This document shows, piece by piece, positions 43,301-57,100 of a stretch of 64,000 nt of DNA. Positions within the stretch are counted from its first letter, which is position 1. Every line of letters begins with the position of its first letter. Below the pieces are notes generated by a model. That model ran no database searches. It was not told the DNA's origin and worked only from the letters and a program-made list of their open reading frames with translations. A program made the position numbers and the translations under genes. Source of the stretch: the human T2T-CHM13v2.0 reference genome, Homo sapiens. The stretch lies in assembly GCF_009914755.1 (NCBI RefSeq), contig NC_060939.1; one strand, given 5' to 3'.

Positions 43301-45153
43301 CATTCCATTCCATTCCACTCCATTCCATTCCATTCCATTCCATTCGTGTCCATTCCACTCCAGTCCATTCCATTCGTGTCCATTCCATTCCAGTCCATTC
43401 CATTTGTGTCCACTGCATTCCATTCCACTCCATTCCATATTATTCCATTACACTCCATTCCATTCTATTACTTTCATTTCCATTCAATTCCATTCCATTT
43501 GATTCCATTCCACTCGGTTTCATTCCATTTGAGTTCACTCCATTCCATTCCATTCCATTCCATTCAGTTCCATTCCATTCCGTTCCATTACATTCCATTC
43601 CATTCGGTACCATTCCATATTGTTCCATTCGATTCCATTCGAATCCATTCCATTGCAGTCCATTCCATTCGATTCCATTCCATTCATTTCAATTCCATTC
43701 CATTCCATTCCATTCCATTCCACTTGATTCCTCTCCATTCCCTTCCACTGCATTCCGTTCGATTCCATTCCATTGCATTGCATTCCATTCCATTGGATTG
43801 CATTCCATTCAATTCCATTCCATTCGAATCAATTACATAGCAATCCATTACATTCGAGTCTATTCTATTCCGTTCCATTCGATTTCGTTCCAATCCATTC
43901 GATTCCATTCCATTCGATTCCATTCCATACTATTGCATTCCATTCGATTACATTATATTCGAATAAGTTCCATTCAAGACCATTTCTTTTGAGTCCATTC
44001 TATTTGAGTCCATTCCCTTTGATTCCATAACATTTGAGTCCATTCAATTCCATTCCTTTCGTTTCCATTCCATTTGATGCCATTCCATTCAATTCTGTTC
44101 TACTCGACTCCAATACATTCAATTCCATTCCATCCGATTCCATTACATTCTTTTCATTTCTTATCCATTTCAAGCCATTCCACTCCATTCCATTCCACTC
44201 GTTTCCTTTCCATTCGAGTCCATTCCTCTCCAGTCCATTCCGTTCAATCCATTCCATTCCAGTCCATTCCATTTGAGTCCGTTCCATTCCAGTCCATTCC
44301 ATTCGAGTCAATTCCATTCCATTCGATGTCTTTCCATAACGATCCATTCCATTCTATTCCTTTCGATTCCATTCCATTCTATTTCATTCCATTCGATTCC
44401 CTTCCATTGGACTCCTTTCCATTCGAGTGCATTCCATTCCGTTCCATTTCTTTCCGTTCTGTACGATTCCTACCGTTCGATTTCATTTTCTTCCAGTCCA
44501 TTCTTTCGCGTCCATGCCATTCCATTTCACTCCATTCGATTCCATTCCACTCGATTCCACTTCGTTCCATTTCATTGCATTCCATTCTATTCAACTCTAT
44601 TGCCTTCCATTCCATTCCATTCGATTACATTCCATGCGATTCCATTCGAAATCGAATCAATTACATTGCAATCCATTACTATTGAGTCCGTTTTATTCCA
44701 GTCCACTGCATTCTGGTCCATTCCATTTGATTCCATTCCATTCTATTCCATTCCATACAGTTGCATTCCATTGGATTCCATGCTATATCTATAAATTCAA
44801 TTCGAGACCATTGCTTTTGAGTCCATTCTATATGATTCCATTCCATTCAAGTCCATTACATTTGGTTAAATTCCATTCCATTCGGTTCAATTCCATTCCA
44901 TTCCATTCCCTTCCATTCCATTCCAGTTGATATCAATCCATTCGATTCCATTCCATTCGAGCACATTCCATTCGAGTCCATTCCATTCGATGCCATTCCA
45001 TTTGATTCTATTCCATTAGTCTCCATTCAATTCCATTAATCTCCATTCCATTCCATTCTACTCCAACTGATTCCATTCCATTCTATTCCTTTCCATTCCA
45101 TTTCATTCCATTCCATTCCATTCCATTCCATTCCATTCCATTCCATTCCATTC
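34312..45153 (+). repeat. Higher-order block 2 (6 monomers A-B-C-D-E-F, 10842 bp)
   Basis: Seen: same marker order as block 1. Frameshifted ORF variants recur exactly 10827 bp later (24223 to 35050, 26040 to 36867, 31463 to 42290). Confidence 0.88.
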
Positions 45154-48100
45154 GTGTCCATTCCACTCCAGTCCATTCCATTCGTATCCATTCCATTCCA
45201 GTCCATTCCATTTGTGTCCACTGCATTCCATTCCACTCCATTCCATATTATTCCATTACACTCCATTCCATTCTATTACTTTCATTTCCATTCAATTCCA
45301 TTCCATTTGATTCCATTCCACTCGGTTTCATTCCATTTGAGTCCACTCCATTCCATTCCATTCCATTCAGTTCCATTCCATTCTGTTCCATTCCATTCCG
45401 TTCCATTACATTCCATTCCATTCGGTACCATTCCATATTGTTCCATTCGATTCCATTCGAATCCATTCCATTCCAGTCCATTCCATTCGATTCCATTCCA
45501 TTCATTTCAATTCCATTCCATTCCATTCCATTACATTCCACTTGATTCCTCTCCATTCCCTTCCACTGCATTCCGTTCGATTCCATTCCATTGCATTGCA
45601 TTCCATTCCATTGGATTGCATTCCATTCGATTCCATTCCATTCGAATCAATTACATAGCAATCCATTACATTCGAGTCTATTCTCTTCCGTTCCATTCGA
45701 TTTCGTTCCAATCCATTCGATTCCATTCCATTCGATTCCATTCCATACTATTGCATTCCATTCGATTACATTATATTCGAATAAGTTCCATTCAAGACCA
45801 TTTCTTTTGAGTCCATTCTATTTGAGTCCATTCCCTTTGATTCCATAACATTTGAGTCCATTCAATTCCATTCCTTTCGTTTCCATTCCATTTGATGCCA
45901 TTCCATTCAATTCTGTTCTACTCGACTCCAATACATTCAATTCCATTCCATCCGATTCCATTACATTCTTTTCATTTCTTATCCATTTCAAGCCATTCCA
46001 CTCCATTCCATTCCACTCGTTTCCTTTCCATTCGAGTCCATTCCTCTCCAGTCCATTCCGTTCAATCCATTCCATTCCAGTCCATTCCATTCGAGTCCGT
46101 TCCATTCCAGTCCATTCCATTCGAGTCAATTCCATTCCATTCGATGTCTTTCCATAACGATCCATTCCATTCTATTCCTTTCGATTCCATTCCATTCTAT
46201 TTCATTCCATTCGATTCCCTTCCATTGGACTCCTTTCCATTCGAGTGCATTCCATTCCGTTCCATTTCTTTCCGTTCTGTACGATTCCTACCGTTCGATT
46301 TCATTTTGTTCCAGTCCATTCTTTCGCGTCCATTCATTCCATTTCACTCCATTCGATTCCATTCCACTCGATTCCACTTCGTTCCATTTCATTGCATTCC
46401 ATTCTATTCAACTCTATTGCCTTCCATTCCATTCCATTCGATTACATTCCATGCGATTCCATTCAAAATCGAATCAATTACATTGCAATCCATTACTATT
46501 GAGTCCGTTTTATTCCAGTCCACTGCATTCTGGTCCATTCCATTTGATTCCATTCCATTCTATTCCATTCCATACAGTTGCATTCCATTGGATTCCATGC
46601 TATATCTATAAATTCAATTCGAGACCATTGCTTTTGAGTCCATTCTATATGATTCCATTCCATTCAAGTCCATTACATTTGGTTAAATTCCATTCCATTC
46701 GGTTCAATTCCATTCCATTCCATTCCCTTCCATTCCATTCCAGTTGATATCAATCCATTCGATTCCATTCCATTCGAGCACATTCCATTCGAGTCCATTC
46801 CATTCGATGCCATTCCATTTGATTCTATTCCATTAGTCTCCATTCAATTCCATTAATCTCCATTCCATTCCATTCTACTCCAACTGATTCCATTCCATTC
46901 TATTCCTTTCCATTCCATTTCATTCCATTCCATTCCATTCCATTCCATTCCATTCCATTCCATTCGTGTCCATTCCACTCCAGTCCATTCCATTCGTATC
47001 CATTCCATTCCAGTCCATTCCATTTGTGTCCACTGCATTCCATTCCACTCCATTCCATATTATTCCATTACACTCCATTCCATTCTATTACTTTCATTTC
47101 CATTCAATTCCATTCCATTTGATTCCATTCCACTCGGTTTCATTCCATTTGAGTCCACTCCATTCCATTCCATTCCATTCAGTTCCATTCCATTCTGTTC
47201 CATTCCATTCCGTTCCATTACATTCCATTCCATTCGGTACCATTCCATATTGTTCCATTCGATTCCATTCGAATCCATTCCATTCCAGTCCATTCCATTC
47301 GATTCCATTCCATTCATTTCAATTCCATTCCATTCCATTCCATTCCATTCCACTTGATTCCTCTCCATTCCCTTCCACTGCATTCCGTTCGATTCCATTC
47401 CATTGCATTGCATTCCATTCCATTGGATTGCATTCCATTCGATTCCATTCCATTCGAATCAATTACATAGCAATCCATTACATTCGAGTCTATTCTCTTC
47501 CGTTCCATTCGATTTCGTTCCAATCCATTCGATTCCATTCCATTCGATTCCATTCCATACTATTGCATTCCATTCGATTACATTATATTCGAATAAGTTC
47601 CATTCAAGACCATTTCTTTTGAGTCCATTCTATTTGAGTCCATTCCCTTTGATTCCATAACATTTGAGTCCATTCAATTCCATTCCTTTCGTTTCCATTC
47701 CATTTGATGCCATTCCATTCAATTCTGTTCTACTCGACTCCAATACATTCAATTCCATTCCATCCGATTCCATTACATTCTTTTCATTTCTTATCCATTT
47801 CAAGCCATTCCACTCCATTCCATTCCACTCGTTTCCTTTCCATTCGAGTCCATTCCTCTCCAGTCCATTCCGTTCAATCCATTCCATTCCAGTCCATTCC
47901 ATTCGAGTCCGTTCCATTCCAGTCCATTCCATTCGAGTCAATTCCATTCCATTCGATGTCTTTCCATAACGATCCATTCCATTCTATTCCTTTCGATTCC
48001 ATTCCATTCTATTTCATTCCATTCGATTCCCTTCCATTGGACTCCTTTCCATTCGAGTGCATTCCATTCCGTTCCATTTCTTTCCGTTCTGTACGATTCC

Positions 48101-51100
48101 TACCGTTCGATTTCATTTTCTTCCAGTCCATTCTTTCGCGTCCATTCCATTCCATTTCACTCCATTCGATTCCATTCCACTCGATTCCACTTCGTTCCAT
48201 TTCATTGCATTCCATTCTATTCAACTCTATTGCCTTCCATTCCATTCCATTCGATTACATTCCATGCGATTCCATTCGAAATCGAATCAATTACATTGCA
48301 ATCCATTACTATTGAGTCCGTTTTATTCCAGTCCACTGCATTCTGGTCCATTCCATTTGATTCCATTCCATTCTATTCCATTCCATACAGTTGCATTCCA
48401 TTGGATTCCATGCTATATCTATAAATTCAATTCGAGACCATTGCTTTTGAGTCCATTCTATATGATTCCATTCCATTCAAGTCCATTACATTTGGTTAAA
48501 TTCCATTCCATTCGGTTCAATTCCATTCCATTCCATTCCCTTCCATTCCATTCCAGTTGATATCAATCCATTCGATTCCATTCCATTCGAGCACATTCCA
48601 TTCGAGTCCATTCCATTCGATGCCATTCCATTTGATTCTATTCCATTAGTCTCCATTCAATTCCATTAATCTCCATTCCATTCCATTCTACTCCAACTGA
48701 TTCCATTCCATTCTATTCCTTTTTATTCCATTTCATTCCATTCCATTCCATTCCATTCCATTCCATTCCATTCGTGTCCATTCCACTCCAGTCCATTCCA
48801 TTCGTATCCATTCCATTCCAGTCCATTCCATTTGTGTCCACTGCATTCCATTCCACTCCATTCCATATTATTCCATTACACTCCATTCCATTCTATTACT
48901 TTCATTTCCATTCAATTCCATTCCATTTGATTCCATTCCACTCGGTTTCATTCCATTTGAGTCCACTCCATTCCATTCCATTCCATTCAGTTCCATTCCA
49001 TTCTGTTCCATTCCATTCCGTTCCATTACATTCCATTCCATTCGGTACCATTCCATATTGTTCCATTCGATTCCATTCGAATCTATTCCATTCCAGTCCA
49101 TTCCATTCGATTCCATTCCATTCATTTCAATTCCATTCCATTCCATTACATTACATTCCACTTGATTCCTCTCCATTCCCTTCCACTGCATTCCGTTCGA
49201 TTCCATTCCATTGCATTGCATTCCATTCCATTGGATTGCATTCCATTCGATTCCATTCCATTCGAATCAATTACATAGCAATCCATTACATTCGAGTCTA
49301 TTCTCTTCCGTTCCATTCGATTTCGTTCCAATCCATTCGATTCCATTCCATTCGATTCCATTCCATACTATTGCATTCCATTCGATTACATTATATTCGA
49401 ATAAGTTCCATTCAAGACCATTTCTTTTGAGTCCATTCTATTTGAGTCCATTCCCTTTGATTCCATAACATTTGAGTCCATTCAATTCCATTCCTTTCGT
49501 TTCCATTCCATTTGATGCCATTCCATTCAATTCTGTTCTACTCGACTCCAATACATTCAATTCCATTCCATCCGATTCCATTACATTCTTTTCATTTCTT
49601 ATCCATTTCAAGCCATTCCACTCCATTCCATTCCACTCGTTTCCTTTCCATTCGAGTCCATTCCTCTCCAGTCCATTCCGTTCAATCCATTCCATTCCAG
49701 TCCATTCCATTCGAGTCCGTTCCATTCCAGTCCATTCCATTCGAGTCAATTCCATTCCATTCCATGTCTTTCCATAACGATCCATTCCATTCTATTCCTT
49801 TCGATTCCATTCCATTCTATTTCATTCCATTCGATTCCCTTCCATTGGACTCCTTTCCATTCGAGTGCATTCCATTCCGTTCCATTTCTTTCCGTTCTGT
49901 ACGATTCCTACCGTTCGATTTCATTTTCTTCCAGTCCATTCTTTCGCGTCCATTCCATTCCATTTCACTCCATTCGATTCCATTCCACTCGATTCCACTT
50001 CGTTCCATTTCATTGCATTCCATTCTATTCAACTCTATTGCCTTCCATTCCATTCCATTCGATTACATTCCATGCGATTCCATTCGAAATCGAATCAATT
50101 ACATTGCAATCCATTACTATTGAGTCCATTTTATTCCAGTCCACTGCATTCTGGTCCATTCCATTTGATTCCATTCCATTCTATTCCATTCCATACAGTT
50201 GCATTCCATTGGATTCCATGCTATATCTATAAATTCAATTCGAGACCATTGCTTTTGAGTCCATTCTATATGATTCCATTCCATTCAAGTCCATTACATT
50301 TGGTTAAATTCCATTCCATTCGGTTCAATTCCATTCCATTCCATTCCCTTCCATTCCATTCCAGTTGATATCAATCCATTCGATTCCATTCCATTCGAGC
50401 ACATTCCATTCGAGTCCATTCCATTCGATGCCATTCCATTTGATTCTATTCCATTAGTCTCCATTCAATTCCATTAATCTCCATTCCATTCCATTCTACT
50501 CCAACTGATTCCATTCCATTCTATTCCTTTTTATTCCATTCCATTCCATTCCATTCCATTCCATTCGTGTCCATTCCACTCCAGTCCATTCCATTCGTAT
50601 CCATTCCATTCCAGTCCATTCCATTTGTGTCCACTGCATTCCATTCCACTCCATTCCATATTATTCCATTACACTCCATTCCATTCTATTACTTTCATTT
50701 CCATTCAATTCCATTCCATTTGATTCCATTCCACTCGGTTTCACTTTTTTTGAGTCCACTCCATTCCATTCCATTCCATTCAGTTCCATTCCATTCTGTT
50801 CCATTCCATTCCGTTCCATTACATTGCATTCCATTCGGTACCATTCCATATTGTTCCATTCGATTCCATTCGAATCCATTCCATTCCAGTCCATTCCATT
50901 CGATTCCATTCCATTCATTTCAATTCCATTCCATTCCATTCCATTACATTCCACTTGATTCCTCTCCATTCCCTTCCACTGCATTCCGTTCGATTCCATT
51001 CCATTGCATTGCATTCCATTCCATTGGATTGCATTCCATTCGATTCCATTCCATTCGAATCAATTACATAGCAATCCATTACATTCGAGTCTATTCTCTT

Positions 51101-54100
51101 CCGTTCCATTCGATTTCGTTCCAATCCATTCGATTCCATTCCATTCGATTCCATTCCATACTATTGCATTCCATTCGATTACATTATATTCGAATAAGTT
51201 CCATTCAAGACCATTTCTTTTGAGTCCATTCTATTTGAGTCCATTCCCTTTGATTCCATAACATTTGAGTCCATTCAATTCCATTCCTTTCGTTTCCATT
51301 CCATTTGATGCCATTCCATTCAATTCTGTTCTACTCGACTCCAATACATTCAATTCCATTCCATCCGATTCCATTACATTCTTTTCATTTCTTATCCATT
51401 TCAAGCCATTCCACTCCATTCCATTCCACTCGTTTCCTTTCCATTCGAGTCCATTCCTCTCCAGTCCATTCCGTTCAATCCATTCCATTCCAGTCCATTC
51501 CATTCGAGTCCGTTCCATTCCAGTCCATTCCATTCGAGTCAATTCCATTCCATTCGATGTCTTTCCATAACGATCCATTCCATTCTATTCCTTTCGATTC
51601 CATTCCATTCTATTTCATTCCATTCGATTCCCTTCCATTGGACTCCTTTCCATTCGAGTGCATTCCATTCCGTTCCATTTCTTTCCGTTCTGTACGATTC
51701 CTACCGTTCGATTTCATTTTGTTCCTGTCCATTCCTTTCGCGTCCATTCCATTCCATTTCACTCCATTCGATTCCATTCCACTCGATTCCACTTCGTTCC
51801 ATTTCATTGCATTCCATTCTATTCAACTCTATTGCCTTCCATTCCATTCCATTCGATTACATTCCATGCGATTCCATTCGAAATCGAATCAATTACATTG
51901 CAAACCATTACTATTGAGTCCGTTTTATTCCAGTCCACTGCATTCTGGTCCATTCCATTTGATTCCATTCCATTCTATTCCATTCCATACAGTTGCATTC
52001 CATTGGATTCCATGCTATATCTATAAATTCAATTCGAGACCATTGCTTTTGAGTCCATTCTATATGATTCCATTCCATTCAAGTCCATTACATTTGGTTC
52101 AATTCCATTCCATTCCATTCCCTTTCATTCCATTCCATTTGATATCAATCCATTCGATTCCATTCCATTCGAGCACATTCCATTCGAGTCCATTCCATTC
52201 GATGCCATTCCATTTGATTCTATTCCATTAGTCTCCATTCAATTCCATTAATCTCCATTCCATTCCATTCTACTCCAACTGATTCCATTCCATTCTATTC
52301 CTTTCCATTCCATTTCATTCCATTCCATTCCACTCCATTCCATTCCATTCCATTCCATTCGTGTCCATTCCACTCCAGTCCATTCCATTCGTGTCCATTC
52401 CATTCCAGTCCATTCCATTTGTGTCCACTGCATTCCATTCCACTCCATTCCATATTATTCCATTACACTCCATTCCATTCTATTACTTTCATTTCCATTC
52501 AATTCCATTCCATTTGATTCCATTCCACTCGGTTTCATTCCATTTGAGTTCACTCCATTCCATTCCATTCCATTCCATTCAGTTCCATTCCATTCCGTTC
52601 CATTACATTCCATTCCATTCGGTACCATTCCATATTGTTCCATTCGATTCCATTCGAATCCATTCCATTGCAGTCCATTCCATTCGATTCCATTCCATTC
52701 ATTTCAATTCCATTCCATTCCATTCCATTCCATTCCACTTGATTCCTCTCCATTCCCTTCCACTGCATTCCGTTCGATTCCATTCCATTGCATTGCATTC
52801 CATTCCATTGGATTGCATTCCATTCGATTCCATTCCATTCGAATCAATTACATAGCAATCCATTACATTCGAGTCTATTCTATTCCGTTCCATTCGATTT
52901 CGTTCCAATCCATTCGATTCCATTCCATTCGATTCCATTCCATACTATTGCATTCCATTCGATTACATTATATTCGAATAAGTTCCATTCAAGACCATTT
53001 CTTTTGAGTCCATTCTATTTGAGTCCATTCCCTTTGATTCCATAACATTTGAGTCCATTCAATTCCATTCCTTTCGTTTCCATTCCATTTGATGCCATTC
53101 CATTCAATTCTGTTCTACTCGACTCCAATACATTCAATTCCATTCCATCCGATTCCATTACATTCTTTTCATTTCTTATCCATTTCAAGCCATTCCACTC
53201 CATTCCATTCCACTCGTTTCCTTTCCATTCGAGTCCATTCCTCTCCAGTCCATTCCGTTCAATCCATTCCATTCCAGTCCATTCCATTCGAGTCCGTTCC
53301 ATTCCAGTCCATTCCATTCGAGTCAATTCCATTCCATTCGATGTCTTTCCATAACGATCCATTCCATTCTATTCCTTTCGATTCCATTCCATTCTATTTC
53401 ATTCCATTCGATTCCCTTCCATTGGACTCCTTTCCATTCGAGTGCATTCCATTCCGTTCCATTTCTTTCCGTTCTGTACGATTCCTACCGTTCGATTTCA
53501 TTTTCTTCCAGTCCATTCTTTCGCGTCCATGCCATTCCATTTCACTCCATTCGATTCCATTCCACTCGATTCCACTTCGTTCCATTTCATTGCATTCCAT
53601 TCTATTCAACTCTATTGCCTTCCATTCCATTCCATTCGATTACATTCCATGCGATTCCATTCGAAATCGAATCAATTACATTGCAATCCATTACTATTGA
53701 GTCCGTTTTATTCCAGTCCACTGCATTCTGGTCCATTCCATTTGATTCCATTCCATTCTATTCCATTCCATACAGTTGCATTCCATTGGATTCCATGCTA
53801 TATCTATAAATTCAATTCGAGACCATTGCTTTTGAGTCCATTCTATATGATTCCATTCCATTCAAGTCCATTACATTTGGTTAAATTCCATTCCATTCGG
53901 TTCAATTCCATTCCATTCCATTCCCTTCCATTCCATTCCAGTTGATATCAATCCATTCGATTCCATTCCATTCGAGCACATTCCATTCGAATCCATTCCA
54001 TTCGATGCCATTCCATTTGATTCTATTCCATTAGTCTCCATTCAATTCCATTAATCTCCATTCCATTCCATTCTACTCCAACTGATTCCATTCCATTCTA

Positions 54101-54158
54101 TTCCTTTCCATTCCATTTCATTCCATTCCATTCCATTCCATTCCATTCCATTCCATTC
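45154..54158 (+). repeat. Higher-order block 3 (5 monomers, one unit fewer, 9005 bp)
   Basis: Seen: only one 1-bp-deletion unit (U26), followed by C-like, D, E and F units. E-to-E spacing 41552 to 50567 is 9015 bp. Confidence 0.85.
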
Positions 54159-57100
54159 GTGTCCATTCCACTCCAGTCCATTCCATTCGTATCCATTCCA
54201 TTCCAGTCCATTCCATTTGTGTCCACTGCATTCCATTCCACTCCATTCCATATTATTCCATTACACTCCATTCCATTCTATTACTTTCATTTCCATTCAA
54301 TTCCATTCCATTTGATTCCATTCCACTCGGTTTCATTCCATTTGAGTCCACTCCATTCCATTCCATTCCATTCAGTTCCATTCCATTCTGTTCCATTCCA
54401 TTCCGTTCCATTACATTCCATTCCATTCGGTACCATTCCATATTGTTCCATTCGATTCCATTCGAATCCATTCCATTCCAGTCCATTCCATTCGATTCCA
54501 TTCCATTCATTTCAATTCCATTCCATTCCATTCCATTACATTCCACTTGATTCCTCTCCATTCCCTTCCACTGCATTCCGTTCGATTCCATTCCATTGCA
54601 TTGCATTCCATTCCATTGGATTGCATTCCATTCGATTCCATTCCATTCGAATCAATTACATAGCAATCCATTACATTCGAGTCTATTCTCTTCCGTTCCA
54701 TTCGATTTCGTTCCAATCCATTCGATTCCATTCCATTCGATTCCATTCCATACTATTGCATTCCATTCGATTACATTATATTCGAATAAGTTCCATTCAA
54801 GACCATTTCTTTTGAGTCCATTCTATTTGAGTCCATTCCCTTTGATTCCATAACATTTGAGTCCATTCAATTCCATTCCTTTCGTTTCCATTCCATTTGA
54901 TGCCATTCCATTCAATTCTGTTCTACTCGACTCCAATACATTCAATTCCATTCCATCCGATTCCATTACATTCTTTTCATTTCTTATCCATTTCAAGCCA
55001 TTCCACTCCATTCCATTCCACTCGTTTCCTTTCCATTCGAGTCCATTCCTCTCCAGTCCATTCCGTTCAATCCATTCCATTCCAGTCCATTCCATTCGAG
55101 TCCGTTCCATTCCAGTCCATTCCATTCGAGTCAATTCCATTCCATTCGATGTCTTTCCATAACGATCCATTCCATTCTATTCCTTTCGATTCCATTCCAT
55201 TCTATTTCATTCCATTCGATTCCCTTCCATTGGACTCCTTTCCATTCGAGTGCATTCCATTCCGTTCCATTTCTTTCCGTTCTGTACGATTCCTACCGTT
55301 CGATTTCATTTTGTTCCAGTCCATTCTTTCGCGTCCATTCATTCCATTTCACTCCATTCGATTCCATTCCACTCGATTCCACTTCGTTCCATTTCATTGC
55401 ATTCCATTCTATTCAACTCTATTGCCTTCCATTCCATTCCATTCGATTACATTCCATGCGATTCCATTCAAAATCGAATCAATTACATTGCAATCCATTA
55501 CTATTGAGTCCGTTTTATTCCAGTCCACTGCATTCTGGTCCATTCCATTTGATTCCATTCCATTCTATTCCATTCCATACAGTTGCATTCCATTGGATTC
55601 CATGCTATATCTATAAATTCAATTCGAGACCATTGCTTTTGAGTCCATTCTATATGATTCCATTCCATTCAAGTCCATTACATTTGGTTAAATTCCATTC
55701 CATTCGGTTCAATTCCATTCCATTCCATTCCCTTCCATTCCATTCCAGTTGATATCAATCCATTCGATTCCATTCCATTCGAGCACATTCCATTCGAGTC
55801 CATTCCATTCGATGCCATTCCATTTGATTCTATTCCATTAGTCTCCATTCAATTCCATTAATCTCCATTCCATTCCATTCTACTCCAACTGATTCCATTC
55901 CATTCTATTCCTTTCCATTCCATTTCATTCCATTCCATTCCATTCCATTCCATTCCATTCCATTCCATTCGTGTCCATTCCACTCCAGTCCATTCCATTC
56001 GTATCCATTCCATTCCAGTCCATTCCATTTGTGTCCACTGCATTCCATTCCACTCCATTCCATATTATTCCATTACACTCCATTCCATTCTATTACTTTC
56101 ATTTCCATTCAATTCCATTCCATTTGATTCCATTCCACTCGGTTTCATTCCATTTGAGTCCACTCCATTCCATTCCATTCCATTCAGTTCCATTCCATTC
56201 TGTTCCATTCCATTCCGTTCCATTACATTCCATTCCATTCGGTACCATTCCATATTGTTCCATTCGATTCCATTCGAATCCATTCCATTCCAGTCCATTC
56301 CATTCGATTCCATTCCATTCATTTCAATTCCATTCCATTCCATTCCATTACATTCCACTTGATTCCTCTCCATTCCCTTCCACTGCATTCCGTTCGATTC
56401 CATTCCATTGCATTGCATTCCATTCCATTGGATTGCATTCCATTCGATTCCATTCCATTCGAATCAATTACATAGCAATCCATTACATTCGAGTCTATTC
56501 TCTTCCGTTCCATTCGATTTCGTTCCAATCCATTCGATTCCATTCCATTCGATTCCATTCCATACTATTGCATTCCATTCTATTACATTATATTCGAATA
56601 AGTTCCATTCAAGACCATTTCTTTTGAGTCCATTCTATTTGAGTCCATTCCCTTTGATTCCATAACATTTGAGTCCATTCAATTCCATTCCTTTCGTTTC
56701 CATTCCATTTGATGCCATTCCATTCAATTCTGTTCTACTCGACTCCAATACATTCAATTCCATTCCATCCGATTCCATTACATTCTTTTCATTTCTTATC
56801 CATTTCAAGCCATTCCACTCCATTCCATTCCACTCGTTTCCTTTCCATTCGAGTCCATTCCTCTCCAGTCCATTCCGTTCAATCCATTCCATTCCAGTCC
56901 ATTCCATTCGAGTCCGTTCCATTCCAGTCCATTCCATTCGAGTCAATTCCATTCCATTCGATGTCTTTCCATAACGATCCATTCCATTCTATTCCTTTCG
57001 ATTCCATTCCATTCTATTTCATTCCATTCGATTCCCTTCCATTGGACTCCTTTCCATTCGAGTGCATTCCATTCCGTTCCATTTCTTTCCGTTCTGTACG

